From an uncultured Candidatus Saccharibacteria bacterium (GTDB lineage: Bacteria > Patescibacteriota > Minisyncoccia > Portnoybacterales > UBA2143), in contig CAYTNU010000004.1 of assembly GCA_964439515.1 (NCBI GenBank), forward strand, positions 1,832 to 51,952: a DNA stretch of 50,121 nt. Direction: 5' to 3'. The notes under the pieces are model-generated. The model searched no databases. It was not told where the DNA came from and saw nothing but the letters and a program-made list of their open reading frames with translations. Positions within the stretch are counted from its first letter, which is position 1. Every line of letters starts with the position of its first letter. Shown piece after piece: positions 37,470 to 47,314 of the stretch. Both the position numbers and the translations under genes were made by a program.

Positions 37470-38015
37470 ATGAAGAAAGCTTTAATTTTTATTTGGGAGA
37501 TTACTAAGATAGTAGTTATTTCTTTAGCAATTATTATCCCGATTCGTTATTACCTCGTTCAACCATTTTTTGTACGTGGTGCTTCTATGAATCCAAGCTT
37601 TGATAGTGGCCAGTATTTGGTTGTTAATGAAATTAGTTATAGGTTTGAAAAACCAGACAGAGGAGAGGTAATTGTTTTTAAATATCCAGTTGATCCTTCT
37701 CAATACTATATTAAAAGAATAATTGGATTACCAGGAGAAGTGATTGAAATCAAAGATGGTTATGTAACCATTTATAATCAAGAATTTCCTGAAGGCAATG
37801 TTTTAGATGAATCTATTTATTTGCCCAAAGAAAGAATTACCATCGGCCAAACTTATCTTAAGTTGAATGAAGATGAATATTTTGTTTTAGGAGACAATCG
37901 TCAAGCAAGTTCTGACTCTCGTCAATGGGGAAGTTTGCCAGAAGACAACATCATTGGTCGTGTTTGGTTTCGTGCGTGGCCTTTTAATACAGCTAAATAT
38001 TTTAATTATGACTAA
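37470..38015 (+). CDS. lepB: Signal peptidase I
   Basis: TM anchor, catalytic Ser context VRGASMNPSF, KRIIGLPGE, GDNRQASSDSR. Confidence 0.93.
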   Translation: MKKALIFIWEITKIVVISLAIIIPIRYYLVQPFFVRGASMNPSFDSGQYLVVNEISYRFEKPDRGEVIVFKYPVDPSQYYIKRIIGLPGEVIEIKDGYVTIYNQEFPEGNVLDESIYLPKERITIGQTYLKLNEDEYFVLGDNRQASSDSRQWGSLPEDNIIGRVWFRAWPFNTAKYFNYD

Positions 38016-39297
38016 AAAATCTAAAAATAAGTTTCAAGCTCCAAGAGGAATGAGAGATATTCTTCCAGAAGATAGAATATATTGGGATAAAGTTGAACAG
38101 ACGATAAAGAATTTATCTAGGTCTTATGGTTTTGAATTTTTAGAAACCCCAATTTTAGAAGATACGGAATTATTTGTTAAGGGGACTGGTCAGAATACTG
38201 ATATCGTTGAAAAGGAAATGTTTAGTTTAAGAACCAAGGGAGGAGATAAATTAACATTGCGTCCTGAATTTACTCCATCAATTATTAGAGCTTATTTAGA
38301 AAATGGTTTTTCTGCTTTGTCGCATCCAGTAAAACTTTATAGCATTGGTCCTATTTTTCGTTATGAAAGACCTCAAAAAGGAAGATATCGTCAATCATAT
38401 CAAGCTAATTTTGAAACTATTGGTGAAGAAGACCCTATCCTTGATGCTCAATTAATTCAATTATTCTTTTCTATTAGTAAGAGCTTAGGTATTAAAAATT
38501 TAATTACCCAAATTAATAGCATAGGATGTTCTTCTTGTAGACCTATCTATAGAAAAAAATTAATTAATTTTTATCGTAGTAGGAAGAAAGATCTTTGTTC
38601 TGATTGCAAAAAACGTTATCAACAAAATCCCTTAAGAGTATTAGATTGCAAGAATAGCAAATGTATAGAAATATCTGAAGGAGCTCCTCAAATAATAGAT
38701 CATTTATGCAATGATTGCCATAATCATTTTAAAAGTGTTCTAGAATATTTAGATGAAATAGAAATTCCATATATTTTAAATTCGCGATTAGTAAGAGGAT
38801 TAGACTATTATACTAAAACAGTTTTTGAAATTTGGCCTGAAGATGAGAGTGGCAGACAAATTGCATTGGCTGGTGGTGGGCGTTATGATGGTTTAGTTAA
38901 GCTTCTAGGAGGGAAAGATGTGCAAGGCACTGGTTTTGCAATTGGATTAGATAGGATTATTAATCTAATGAAAGAAAGAGAAATTAAAATTCCTTCGAAG
39001 GCTCGTTCTTTAATATTTTTAATTCAATTAGGAGAGATAGGAAAAAAGAAATCATTAAAATTATTTGAAGATTTACGTCAAGCAGGATTAGATGTAGATA
39101 ATTCTTTTAGTCGCAATACTATGAGAGCTCAATTAAAAAAAGCCGATAAACAAGGAGCACGATTTACTTTAATTCTAGGACAAAAAGAAGTTCTTGATGG
39201 GACAATAATTATTCGAGACATGAATTCAAGCAGTCAAGAAACAGTTCCTTTAAATAAAGTAGTTGAAAAGTTAAAAAAGAAGATTAAGGAAAAATAG
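38008..39297 (+). CDS. hisS: Histidyl-tRNA synthetase
   Basis: FQAPRGMRDILP, LRPEFTPS, FRYERPQKGRYRQ, GGGRYDGL, Cys-rich insertion. The start is moved to the ATG at 38008 (track: 37954) and overlaps lepB by 8 nt. Confidence 0.93.
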   Translation: MTKKSKNKFQAPRGMRDILPEDRIYWDKVEQTIKNLSRSYGFEFLETPILEDTELFVKGTGQNTDIVEKEMFSLRTKGGDKLTLRPEFTPSIIRAYLENGFSALSHPVKLYSIGPIFRYERPQKGRYRQSYQANFETIGEEDPILDAQLIQLFFSISKSLGIKNLITQINSIGCSSCRPIYRKKLINFYRSRKKDLCSDCKKRYQQNPLRVLDCKNSKCIEISEGAPQIIDHLCNDCHNHFKSVLEYLDEIEIPYILNSRLVRGLDYYTKTVFEIWPEDESGRQIALAGGGRYDGLVKLLGGKDVQGTGFAIGLDRIINLMKEREIKIPSKARSLIFLIQLGEIGKKKSLKLFEDLRQAGLDVDNSFSRNTMRAQLKKADKQGARFTLILGQKEVLDGTIIIRDMNSSSQETVPLNKVVEKLKKKIKEK

Positions 39298-39299
39298 TT

Positions 39300-39632
39300 A
39301 TGGAATGTATTTTTTGTAAAATTATTAATCATCAACAAGATGCTGATATCATCTATGAAGATGAAAAATTTATTGCATTTAGAGATATTAACCCTAAAGC
39401 ATTAATTCATTTTTTAATAGTACCTAAAAAACATATTGAAACAATTAATGATTTAAAAGAAGAAGACAGAGAATTAATTAGTGGAATTATTTTTTTAGCT
39501 AAAAAATTAGCTATTGAACAAGGGATTGCAGAAAAGGGATATCGTTTAACTTTCAATGTTGGTAGAGGAGGTGGTCAAGTTGTCGATCATGTTCATTTGC
39601 ATTTAATGAGCGGAGAATTAAAAAATGACTAA
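39300..39632 (+). CDS. HIT-family (histidine triad) nucleotide hydrolase
   Basis: CIFCKII, histidine triad HVHLHLM. Confidence 0.9.
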   Translation: MECIFCKIINHQQDADIIYEDEKFIAFRDINPKALIHFLIVPKKHIETINDLKEEDRELISGIIFLAKKLAIEQGIAEKGYRLTFNVGRGGGQVVDHVHLHLMSGELKND

Positions 39633-40761
39633 AAAGTTTTTTCAAGCACTAGCTCTAATGATAGGGCATATTATTGGCGTAGGTATTTTTAGTTTACCTT
39701 TTATTGCTGCTAAAGTAGGCATTGTTATGATGCTTTTTTATTTTGCTATTTTATGTACGGTGGTTATTCTATTTGAATTATTATATGGAGAAGTTATTTT
39801 AAGAACTAAGGGAAAATATCGATTACCTGGTTATGCTGGAAAATATTTAGGTTCTTGGGCTAAAAAATTAGCTCTTTTTTCTGATGGATTGGGTTTAACG
39901 GCAGCTATTATAGCCTATGTTATTGTAGGAGGTAGTTTTCTTGGTTCTATTCTAATTCCTATTTTTGGCGGAACTATTTTTTTATATATCCTTATTTTCT
40001 TTGCCATAGGTGCTCTTTTGATTTATATAGGTGTTCAAAGCATTGTTCAAACTGAATCAGTTTTATTAGTTTTTTTCTTTGTTATTTTGGGTCTTGTTTT
40101 TTATAAGGGATTTTCAATAATTAATCTTAATTATTTATTTATTTTTGATTCTAAATATTTTTTCTTGCCATACGGAGCAGTGCTTTTTTCTTTAGTTGGT
40201 TCTTCAATAATTCCAGAAGTTAAAGAACTTTTAATTCATAAGAATAAAAATCTTAAAAAAGTTATTATTTTAGCTACTTTAATTGCTGCTTTTATTTCTT
40301 TATTTTTTACATTTTTAATTTTAAGTATTACTGGGTCAGAAACTACGCCCGAGGCAATTACTGGATTAAAAGACTACCTAACTAAAGGAATTGTTGTTTT
40401 AGTTCTCATCTTTGGTATTTTGGCTAATTTTACTTCTTTTTTGACTGTTGGTTTAACTTTTAAAAAAATGCTTTGGTATGATTTTAAAATAAATAAAAAT
40501 CTTTCTTGGACGATTGCTTGTTTTTTGCCTTTGATTTTGTATCTATTTGGTTTTAATGATTTTATCAAGATAATTAGCTTAAGCGGAGGATTCTTCTTAG
40601 CTATCAGTGCCATTCTAATAATTTTTATTTATTTTAAAGCTAAAATTAAAGGTGATCTTGAACCTGGTTATACTATGAATTTACCTAAATTCTTTATATA
40701 TTTCCTAGTTTTATTTTTCATTGTTGGTGCTGTTTATGAGTTGATTTCTTTTATTTTATAG
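39625..40761 (+). CDS. Polytopic membrane transporter, amino-acid permease-like
   Basis: About 11 TM segments. The N-terminal FQALALMIGHIIGVGIFSLPF resembles aromatic/amino-acid permease signatures. Confidence 0.5.
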   Translation: MTKKFFQALALMIGHIIGVGIFSLPFIAAKVGIVMMLFYFAILCTVVILFELLYGEVILRTKGKYRLPGYAGKYLGSWAKKLALFSDGLGLTAAIIAYVIVGGSFLGSILIPIFGGTIFLYILIFFAIGALLIYIGVQSIVQTESVLLVFFFVILGLVFYKGFSIINLNYLFIFDSKYFFLPYGAVLFSLVGSSIIPEVKELLIHKNKNLKKVIILATLIAAFISLFFTFLILSITGSETTPEAITGLKDYLTKGIVVLVLIFGILANFTSFLTVGLTFKKMLWYDFKINKNLSWTIACFLPLILYLFGFNDFIKIISLSGGFFLAISAILIIFIYFKAKIKGDLEPGYTMNLPKFFIYFLVLFFIVGAVYELISFIL

Positions 40762-40776
40762 GGTATTATTTAAATA

Positions 40777-41268
40777 ATGAGTAAAGATATGTTTCGTAGT
40801 CCAAGTAGCGGGCGGATGAAATTAGTTAATGTAGCTGAAGAAATCTCAAAATATATTAATGAAGATTCACAATCAAAGTATCGTTTGATTGTTGGGACAG
40901 ATTCTAATGCTAATGGTAAGATTGATTTTGTTACCGCCATTATTGTTCGTCGAGTCGGCAGAGGCGGACGTTATTTTTGGAAAAAAACTAATGGAGACAA
41001 GATTTATCATACTTTAAGAGATAGAATTTATCAGGAAGTAACTTTGTCCTTACAATGTGCTCAAGATATTTTAGGTCAATTAGAAAATTTTGTAGAAGGT
41101 GCTAATGATCTTAATTATGATTTTCAAATTCATATTGACGTAGGGCAGAATGGGCCAACAAGAGAAATGATCAAAGAAGTAGTCGGTATGGTCCGAGGGA
41201 ATGGATTTAAAGCTAAAATCAAGCCTGAATCTTATGCGGCTAGCAGTATTGCCGATAAACATACATAG
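40777..41268 (+). CDS. DUF458/YkuK-like (RNase H-like fold) protein
   Basis: LIVGTDSN...FVTAIIVRRVGRGGRYFWKK...IHIDVG pattern, recalled from the DUF458 family. Confidence 0.5.
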   Translation: MSKDMFRSPSSGRMKLVNVAEEISKYINEDSQSKYRLIVGTDSNANGKIDFVTAIIVRRVGRGGRYFWKKTNGDKIYHTLRDRIYQEVTLSLQCAQDILGQLENFVEGANDLNYDFQIHIDVGQNGPTREMIKEVVGMVRGNGFKAKIKPESYAASSIADKHT

Positions 41269-41292
41269 TATTTGTATTATATGTTCACAGTG

Positions 41293-41321
41293 GCCACTAC
41301 TAAAATAGTGGCTTTTCTTTT
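41293..41321 (+). terminator. Rho-independent terminator
   Basis: GCCACTA (41293..41299), loop CTAAAA, TAGTGGC (41306..41312), then TTTTCTTTT. Confidence 0.7.
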
Positions 41322-41332
41322 GTTTAAGATTT

Positions 41333-41341
41333 TGGTAAAAT
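41333..41341 (+). promoter_or_regulatory. Extended -10 element TGGTAAAAT, 6 nt upstream of the MBL-gene ATG
   Basis: TG at 41333..41334, TAAAAT at 41336..41341, ATG at 41348. No SD. No good -35. Confidence 0.35.
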
Positions 41342-41347
41342 TATCTT

Positions 41348-42736
41348 ATGAAATTATCTTTTTATGGGGCGGCTAAAATAGTTACCGGCTCTAATTATTT
41401 GTTAGAAATTGGGAATAAAAAAATCTTGATTGATTGTGGGCTTTTTCAGGGAAGGAAAAAGATAGAAGAAAAGAACTATGAACCCTTTCCTTATCAAGCA
41501 AAGGATATTGATTTTGTTTTAATTACTCATGCTCATCTTGATCATACTGGTCGTTTGCCCAAGTTGTTTAATAGTGGTTTTAAAGGCAAGCTTTTTGCTA
41601 CGGCTCCTACGATTGATTTTATGGGTTTTATGCTTGAAGATAGCCAGAAAATTTTACATCGAAAAGCAATTCGTAGGGGATTGAGTTTAAATTGGGATAA
41701 TCAAAAAATTAAAGATTTAATGAATAGATTTGAAGCAGTTGGCTATAGAGAAGATGTTGATTTAGGTAGTAATATTAAATTTCGTTTTAGAGAAGCAGGT
41801 CATGTTCTTGGATCAGCTTCTATTGAATTAGAAGCAGAAGGTCTTAAAATTGTTTTTTCGGGAGATCTTGGTTATCCTGATGCGCCGATTATTAATGATC
41901 CTGCCAACATAGAGAATGCTGATTATCTAATTGTTGAATCAACCTATGGAGACAGGATTCATGATATTAGGGGTAACATTAAAGATTCTTTAGAAGAAAT
42001 TATTGAAAGAACAATAAATCGTGGTGGAGTTTTGATGATCCCTAGTTTTGCTTTGGAGAGAACTCAAAGATTGCTTTATCATTTCAACGATTTAGTTGAA
42101 AACAAAAAAATTCCATCAATTCCCATTTTTGTTGATAGTCCCTTAGCTATTAAATTAACAGAGATTTATAGGAAATATCCTGAATATTATGATAAAGACG
42201 CCTATAGACTTTTTTCTTCAGGTGATGATATTTTTAATTTTCCTGGTTTAGAATTAACATTAACCACAAATAGATCTAAAAGAATAAATGAAGTCCTTGG
42301 CCCTAAGATTATTATTGCTGGTTCAGGCATGTCTCAAGGAGGCAGAATTATTCATCATGAATTAAGATATTTATCTGATCCTAAAAATACGCTTCTATTT
42401 GTTACTTATCAGGCGGAAGGGACTTTGGGCAGAAAGATTTTTAATGGAGCTAAAAATATTAGAATCTTAAGAAAAAATGTTGAAGTTAATGCGGAGATAG
42501 CTAGAGTTGATGGTTATTCTTCTCATGCCGACCAAAAAAGCTTGCTTAAATGGATAAGTGGAATATCTGAAAAATCACCTAAACTTAAGAAAATTTTTGT
42601 TTGTCATGGTGAAGAAAAGGCATCAGAAGTTCTATCTAATAAAATATTTAATGATTTAAGTTTAAATTCTGTTGTTCCAGAATTGGGTCAATCAATCACT
42701 TTGACAAAAGATAATAAAGATAGTAAACTTAATTAG
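41348..42736 (+). CDS. Metallo-beta-lactamase / beta-CASP family RNA-processing nuclease
   Basis: HAHLDHTG motif 2, beta-CASP region, C-terminal GYSSHAD and VCHGE. Confidence 0.85.
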   Translation: MKLSFYGAAKIVTGSNYLLEIGNKKILIDCGLFQGRKKIEEKNYEPFPYQAKDIDFVLITHAHLDHTGRLPKLFNSGFKGKLFATAPTIDFMGFMLEDSQKILHRKAIRRGLSLNWDNQKIKDLMNRFEAVGYREDVDLGSNIKFRFREAGHVLGSASIELEAEGLKIVFSGDLGYPDAPIINDPANIENADYLIVESTYGDRIHDIRGNIKDSLEEIIERTINRGGVLMIPSFALERTQRLLYHFNDLVENKKIPSIPIFVDSPLAIKLTEIYRKYPEYYDKDAYRLFSSGDDIFNFPGLELTLTTNRSKRINEVLGPKIIIAGSGMSQGGRIIHHELRYLSDPKNTLLFVTYQAEGTLGRKIFNGAKNIRILRKNVEVNAEIARVDGYSSHADQKSLLKWISGISEKSPKLKKIFVCHGEEKASEVLSNKIFNDLSLNSVVPELGQSITLTKDNKDSKLN

Positions 42737-42740
42737 AAAT

Positions 42741-43487
42741 ATGATTAAAAATCAAGAAGAATTAAGAAATAAAATTTTAGTTCCAGCATCAAAACTTCCT
42801 AAAATTGCTAAAAGTGAAAACTTAAAAGAAAGAAATGATTTTAAGGAATCAGTTCAGTGGCGTATTTTTAGAATAATGGCTGAATTCGTTGATGGATTCG
42901 AATTTTTAAGTGATTTTAAAAAATCAGTTACTTTTTTTGGCTCAGCTAGAACCTTGCCTTCTAGTCCTAATTATCAAGAAGCTATGAAGCTTGCTAAAAT
43001 GTTGGCTGATGAAGATTTCGCTGTATTTTCAGGTGGAGGTCCTGGAATTATGGAGGCAGCTAATCGCGGCGCTTATGAATCAGAAAAAGGAGATTCAGTT
43101 GGGTTAAATATTCAATTAAAGTATGAACAAAGAATTAATGATTATATTAAAAAAGCAATGGGTTTTCATTATTTCTTTACTAGGAAGGTGATGCTTTCTT
43201 ATTCAGCTCAAGCTTATGTTTTTTTCCCAGGTGGATTTGGTACATTGGATGAATTTTTTGAAATTTTAACTTTGATTCAGACGAGAAAAATGCCTCAATA
43301 TATTCCAATGGTTTGTATAGGCAGTGATTACTGGGGTCCACTTTCTCAATGGATTAAAGAAACAGTTTATCAACATTCTAAGTTTATTGATAGAGAAGAT
43401 GAGGATCTATATTATTTAGTCGATTCAGCTGAAGAAGCCTTTGAGATAATAAAAAAATCAAAAATAAGAGATGATGTCAATTACTAA
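42741..43487 (+). CDS. LOG-family (TIGR00730) Rossmann-fold nucleotide-binding protein
   Basis: GGGPGIMEAANRGA and PGGFGTLDEFFE signatures. Confidence 0.85.
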   Translation: MIKNQEELRNKILVPASKLPKIAKSENLKERNDFKESVQWRIFRIMAEFVDGFEFLSDFKKSVTFFGSARTLPSSPNYQEAMKLAKMLADEDFAVFSGGGPGIMEAANRGAYESEKGDSVGLNIQLKYEQRINDYIKKAMGFHYFFTRKVMLSYSAQAYVFFPGGFGTLDEFFEILTLIQTRKMPQYIPMVCIGSDYWGPLSQWIKETVYQHSKFIDREDEDLYYLVDSAEEAFEIIKKSKIRDDVNY

Positions 43488-43507
43488 AAAAAAAGGAGGT
43501 GAATCAT

Positions 43508-43753
43508 GTGGCTATTGAAGTCAAAAAAAAGACAGGAGAAACAACTCGTAGTTTATTAAGACGCTTTTCAAGAAGGATTCAACAAAGCGGCGTTTTGATT
43601 CGTGCTCGTAAATCAAGATTTTTAGAAAAAGATAAAAGTAAAGGAGAACGAAGAAGTAGTGCTCTAAGAAGAGTCAAAATAGTTGATGAAAAAGAAAAAT
43701 TAAGAAAAATGGGTCTTTTAGAAGAAGAACCAAAATGGGGAAGGCGTAAATAA
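43508..43753 (+). CDS. rpsU: 30S ribosomal protein S21 (GTG start)
   Basis: AIEVKKKTGETTRSLLRRFSRRIQQSGVLIRARKSRFLEK. The SD AAAGGAGGTG ends at 43501, so the in-frame GTG at 43508 is better spaced than the track's GTG at 43499. Confidence 0.8.
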   Translation: MAIEVKKKTGETTRSLLRRFSRRIQQSGVLIRARKSRFLEKDKSKGERRSSALRRVKIVDEKEKLRKMGLLEEEPKWGRRK

Positions 43754-44248
43754 ATGTCTATAAAAAATACATTAAAATCAAATATCAAAATAGCTATGCA
43801 AGAGAAAAAAACAGAAGAGCTTTCTGTTTTGCGTATGGTTATGGCGGCTGTTTTAAACAAAGAGAAAGAGAAAAGAAGTAAATTAAATAAAGAAGGAGAA
43901 GAAGAAAGCAAATTAGACGAAATGAGTGAATTGAAAGATGAAGAAATTTTAGATGTAATTTCTAGCGAAGCAAAAAAAAGAAAAGATTCAATTGAACAAT
44001 ACGAAAAAGGTGGTCGTCAGGACTTAGTTGATCAAGAAAAAAAAGAATTAGAAATTTTAACAGAATATTTACCAGAACAAATGAGTGAGGAAGAAGTAAG
44101 AAAAATTATTATAGAGAAGATTGAAGAATTAGGCGTTAGTGGACCTCAAGACACTGGTAAGGCTATGGGCGCTATTATGCCAATATTAAAAGGCAAAGCA
44201 GATGGAGGGATGGTTAATAATATTGTTCAAGAGGAGTTAAAAAAATAG
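43754..44248 (+). CDS. GatB/YqeY domain protein
   Basis: LKSNIKIAMQEKKTEELSVLRMVMAAV...LEILTEYLPEQMSEEEV...GKAMGAIMP. Confidence 0.85.
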   Translation: MSIKNTLKSNIKIAMQEKKTEELSVLRMVMAAVLNKEKEKRSKLNKEGEEESKLDEMSELKDEEILDVISSEAKKRKDSIEQYEKGGRQDLVDQEKKELEILTEYLPEQMSEEEVRKIIIEKIEELGVSGPQDTGKAMGAIMPILKGKADGGMVNNIVQEELKK

Positions 44249-44259
44249 AATTAAGTTTA

Positions 44260-44757
44260 ATGTTAGAAATTCATAATTTTACACAGAACGAAATAGATAA
44301 AAAGTTTTTTCAAAAAATTACAGAAGAAGCCTTAAGGGTTGCAGGGATTAAAGATGAAACGGAAATAAGTTTGGCTATTGTTGGTGATGGTAGGATAAGA
44401 AAATTGAACAAGATATATCGTGGAAAAAACAAAGTAACAGATGTTTTATCGTTTAGTGATAAAACAATTATGCCTTATTTGTTTAAAGCGTTTGTTAAAA
44501 TAAAAAAAAGTGAAGAATTTATAAAAGTGCCAGATGGAATTAATCGTTTAGGCGAGATTGTTATTTGTTATCCTAGAGCCAAGAAACAAGCTAAAGCATT
44601 AAATCATTCTTTAGAGAAAGAACTGACTATTCTATTGGTTCATGGTATACTTCATCTATTAGGGTATGATCATGAAAAAGGAGAAGCAGAGGCAGAAAAG
44701 ATGAAAAATATGGAGGAGAAAATATTATGCCAAAAGAAACTATTATTACAGGGTTAG
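44260..44757 (+). CDS. ybeY: rRNA maturation endoribonuclease YbeY
   Basis: TDVLSF and the zinc motif HGILHLLGYDH. Confidence 0.92.
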   Translation: MLEIHNFTQNEIDKKFFQKITEEALRVAGIKDETEISLAIVGDGRIRKLNKIYRGKNKVTDVLSFSDKTIMPYLFKAFVKIKKSEEFIKVPDGINRLGEIVICYPRAKKQAKALNHSLEKELTILLVHGILHLLGYDHEKGEAEAEKMKNMEEKILCQKKLLLQG

Positions 44758-45968
44758 ATGTGGGTAGTTGTTTTATTAGAGTTGTTGTAGCTAAAATAAG
44801 GGCTGATCAAAATAAGCCTCAAATTATTGGCATTGGACAAGCTCCTTCTTTTGGTTTACGTCGTGGAATAGTTGTTGATGTTGAAGAAGCTGTAAAAAAT
44901 ATTTCTCAAGCAGTTCAAGAAGCAGAAAGGAATAGTGGAATATCAATTGAACGTGCAATGGTTAGTATTAGCGGTAATCATATTACTCCTAGAATAAGCA
45001 AGGGAGTGGTTGCAGTTTCTCGTGCTGACAGTGAAGTTTCTAAAGAAGATGTTGATAGAGCCATAGAAGCAGCTTCAGCTATATCTATTGCGCCTAATAA
45101 TGAAATTCTTCATGTTATTCCGCGAAGTTATTTAGTCGATGATCAAAATGGCATTAAAGATCCTGTTGGAATGAATGGAGTTAGATTAGAATTGGATGCT
45201 TTAATAATAGAAGGATCAAAGCCTTTTGTTAAAAATTTATATAATTGTATTTCAGAAGCTGGGTTAGAAATAGAAGGATTAGTTTTAGCTCCTTTGGCTT
45301 CTAGTTATGCAGTTTTAAATAAAAGACAAAAAGAATTAGGTGTTTTGGTTTTAGATTTAGGCGGAGGTACAGCCGGATTAACCGTTTTTGAAGAAGGGTA
45401 TATTGTTCATAGTTGTGTTTTGCCTGTTGGTTCTTCGCACATTACTAATGATATTGCGATTGGATTAAGAAGTGATATTGATTTAGCAGAGAAAGTTAAA
45501 TTAGAATATGGTTCAGCTTCACTTGCTGAAATTAATAAAAAAGATGTAATTGATTTAGCAAAATTAGGATCAATGGAAGGTGGAATAATACATAGAGCCC
45601 AAGTAGTTGAGATAATGGAAGCTCGTCTTATTGAGATTTTAGAATTAACCAATAAGGAATTAAAAAAGATTGATAGACAGGGATTATTACCAGCTGGTGT
45701 AATTCTTTTAGGAGGTGGATCTAAAGTGCCTGGATTAGTTGATTTGGCTAAAAAAGAATTAAGATTGCCAGTTCAAGTAGGTTTTCCGTTAGAGTTAGAA
45801 GGGATTATTGACGAGATAGAAGATCCTTCTTTCTCTACTGCCATTGGATTAGTTCTTTGGAGTATTGATAATCAAGTTGGATTAAATAAGCAAGGGAATC
45901 CTTGGTCTGGAGGAGTTCGTCAACCAATTGATAAAGTTAGACATTGGTTTCGTGGATTTTTACCTTAA
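44727..45968 (+). CDS. ftsA: Cell division protein FtsA
   Basis: IITGLDVGS, actin-like fold motifs DLGGGT and LLGGGSKVPG. SD GGAGGAG upstream. Overlaps ybeY by 31 nt. Confidence 0.93.
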   Translation: MPKETIITGLDVGSCFIRVVVAKIRADQNKPQIIGIGQAPSFGLRRGIVVDVEEAVKNISQAVQEAERNSGISIERAMVSISGNHITPRISKGVVAVSRADSEVSKEDVDRAIEAASAISIAPNNEILHVIPRSYLVDDQNGIKDPVGMNGVRLELDALIIEGSKPFVKNLYNCISEAGLEIEGLVLAPLASSYAVLNKRQKELGVLVLDLGGGTAGLTVFEEGYIVHSCVLPVGSSHITNDIAIGLRSDIDLAEKVKLEYGSASLAEINKKDVIDLAKLGSMEGGIIHRAQVVEIMEARLIEILELTNKELKKIDRQGLLPAGVILLGGGSKVPGLVDLAKKELRLPVQVGFPLELEGIIDEIEDPSFSTAIGLVLWSIDNQVGLNKQGNPWSGGVRQPIDKVRHWFRGFLP

Positions 45969-46072
45969 TCACTTGCATTATTTGTATAATTATGATAATT
46001 TTTAGAAAAGATTTTAATATTATTTAAACACGACAAGGAGGGGGTAGGAGCTCCTTGTTGTTTATTATAAAT

Positions 46073-47209
46073 ATGGCTCAAATAAAACCAGATGTAGAAA
46101 CTTTTGCCAAAATTAAAGTAGTTGGCGTTGGAGGGAGTGGGGGAAATAGTATCTCTAGAATGTTAGCATGTAAAATTCAAGGCGTAGATTTTGTTGCAGT
46201 TAATACTGATTCTCAAGATCTTCATCATGTTAAGGCTCTTGAAAGATTGCATATTGGTAAAAACCTAACCAAAGGATTAGGATCTGGCATGAATCCAGAG
46301 ATTGGACGTCAAGCAGCTGAAGAAAATCGAGACGAAATTCAAGATGCAGTAAAGGGTTCAGATATGGTCTTTATCACTTATGGGTTAGGTGGAGGAACTG
46401 GAACTGGAGCTGGTCCAATTATTGCTGAAGCAGCTAAGGATTCAGGTGCTCTAACAGTAGCAGTAGTAACTAAACCTTTTTCTTTTGAAGGTCAACAAAG
46501 AAGTCGTATTGCAGAAGAAGGATTGATTCAACTTAAGGATAGAGTTGATACTTTAATTACTATTCCTAATGATAAATTACTTTCTTTCATTGATAAAAAG
46601 ACACCTTTGCTTAATGCTTTCTCAATAGTTGATGATGTTTTACGACAAGCAGTTCAGGGTATTTCTGATTTAATAGTTACTCCTGGTATTGTTAATGTTG
46701 ATTTTGCTGATGTTAAAGCAATTATGGAAAATACTGGTTCAGCTTTAATGGGGATTGGCAAAGCAACAGGTGAAGACAGAGCAATTGAAGCAGCTAAGGC
46801 AGCCGTTAACTCTCCATTATTAGAGCTTTCAATTGATGGAGCTAAAGGAGTTTTGTTTAATGTTAGTGGTGGCCCTGATCTAGCTATGACTGAAATTAAT
46901 GAAGCAGCAAAAGTTATTACTGAATCAATTGATCCAGATGCTAAGGTTATTTTTGGAGCAGTTATGGATGATAAATTAAAGAAGGGCGAAATTAAGATTA
47001 CTGTTATTGCAACTGGATTTGATGATTTTTTATCAAAAAAAATAGGAGAGACAAAGATTCAAGATATTTCACCGATTAATCATATTGAAGACAGATCAAA
47101 TAATACAAGATTAAAATCAAAGCCAGTTGTTAAATCAAATGTTCCTCCAGTTGATGAATCCGAAAATGAATGGGACATTCCAGCTTTTATTAGAAGAAAA
47201 ATAAAATAA
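46073..47209 (+). CDS. ftsZ: Cell division GTPase FtsZ
   Basis: IKVVGVGGSGGNSI, tubulin signature GLGGGTGTGAGP, NVDFADV, C-terminal DIPAFIRRK. The ATG at 46073 (MAQIKPD) fits family N-termini. A TTG at 46055 or 46058 behind an AGGAG is an alternative start. Confidence 0.93.
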   Translation: MAQIKPDVETFAKIKVVGVGGSGGNSISRMLACKIQGVDFVAVNTDSQDLHHVKALERLHIGKNLTKGLGSGMNPEIGRQAAEENRDEIQDAVKGSDMVFITYGLGGGTGTGAGPIIAEAAKDSGALTVAVVTKPFSFEGQQRSRIAEEGLIQLKDRVDTLITIPNDKLLSFIDKKTPLLNAFSIVDDVLRQAVQGISDLIVTPGIVNVDFADVKAIMENTGSALMGIGKATGEDRAIEAAKAAVNSPLLELSIDGAKGVLFNVSGGPDLAMTEINEAAKVITESIDPDAKVIFGAVMDDKLKKGEIKITVIATGFDDFLSKKIGETKIQDISPINHIEDRSNNTRLKSKPVVKSNVPPVDESENEWDIPAFIRRKIK

Positions 47210-47217
47210 TTTTGTTT

Positions 47218-47252
47218 ACAAAAACAGTTTCTAATCGGAGCTGTTTTTGTTT
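47218..47252 (+). terminator. Terminator hairpin after ftsZ
   Basis: ACAAAAACAG (47218..47227) pairs with CTGTTTTTGT (47241..47250) around a 13-nt loop, followed by TT. Confidence 0.6.
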
Positions 47253-47275
47253 GTCTGTATATTAAAATTTCTTAT

Positions 47276-47304
47276 TTGACTCAAAGTCCTTATGGAAGTA
47301 AAAT
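47276..47304 (+). promoter_or_regulatory. Putative promoter of nrdDG: TTGACT-N17-TAAAAT, with the ATG 10 nt downstream
   Basis: -35 at 47276..47281, -10 at 47299..47304, ATG at 47315. The upstream in-frame TTG/ATG candidates lie inside the promoter elements. Confidence 0.5.
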
Positions 47305-47314
47305 GTTATTAAAT

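Noticed and set aside
43579-43911. 110-aa minus-strand ORF, and similar antisense ORFs in the track (753..971, 1642..1839, 2669..2902, 4553..5102, 5225..5515, 11585..11888, 12938..13159, 13991..14245, 17218..17406, 22229..22429, 24626..24948, 31436..31744, 32647..32859, 34041..34289, 34655..34990, 40374..40613, 41080..41262, 45407..45652)
   Set aside because: All lie fully inside well-supported genes on the other strand or in another frame. They are Ser/Leu/Phe/Ile-rich, low-complexity translations typical of AT-rich antisense frames.
47253-47314. NrdR box or cobalamin riboswitch upstream of nrdD
   Set aside because: There is no 16-bp ACACwAtATaTwGTGT-like palindrome, only TGTATAT. The region is too short for a riboswitch and is occupied by the promoter.
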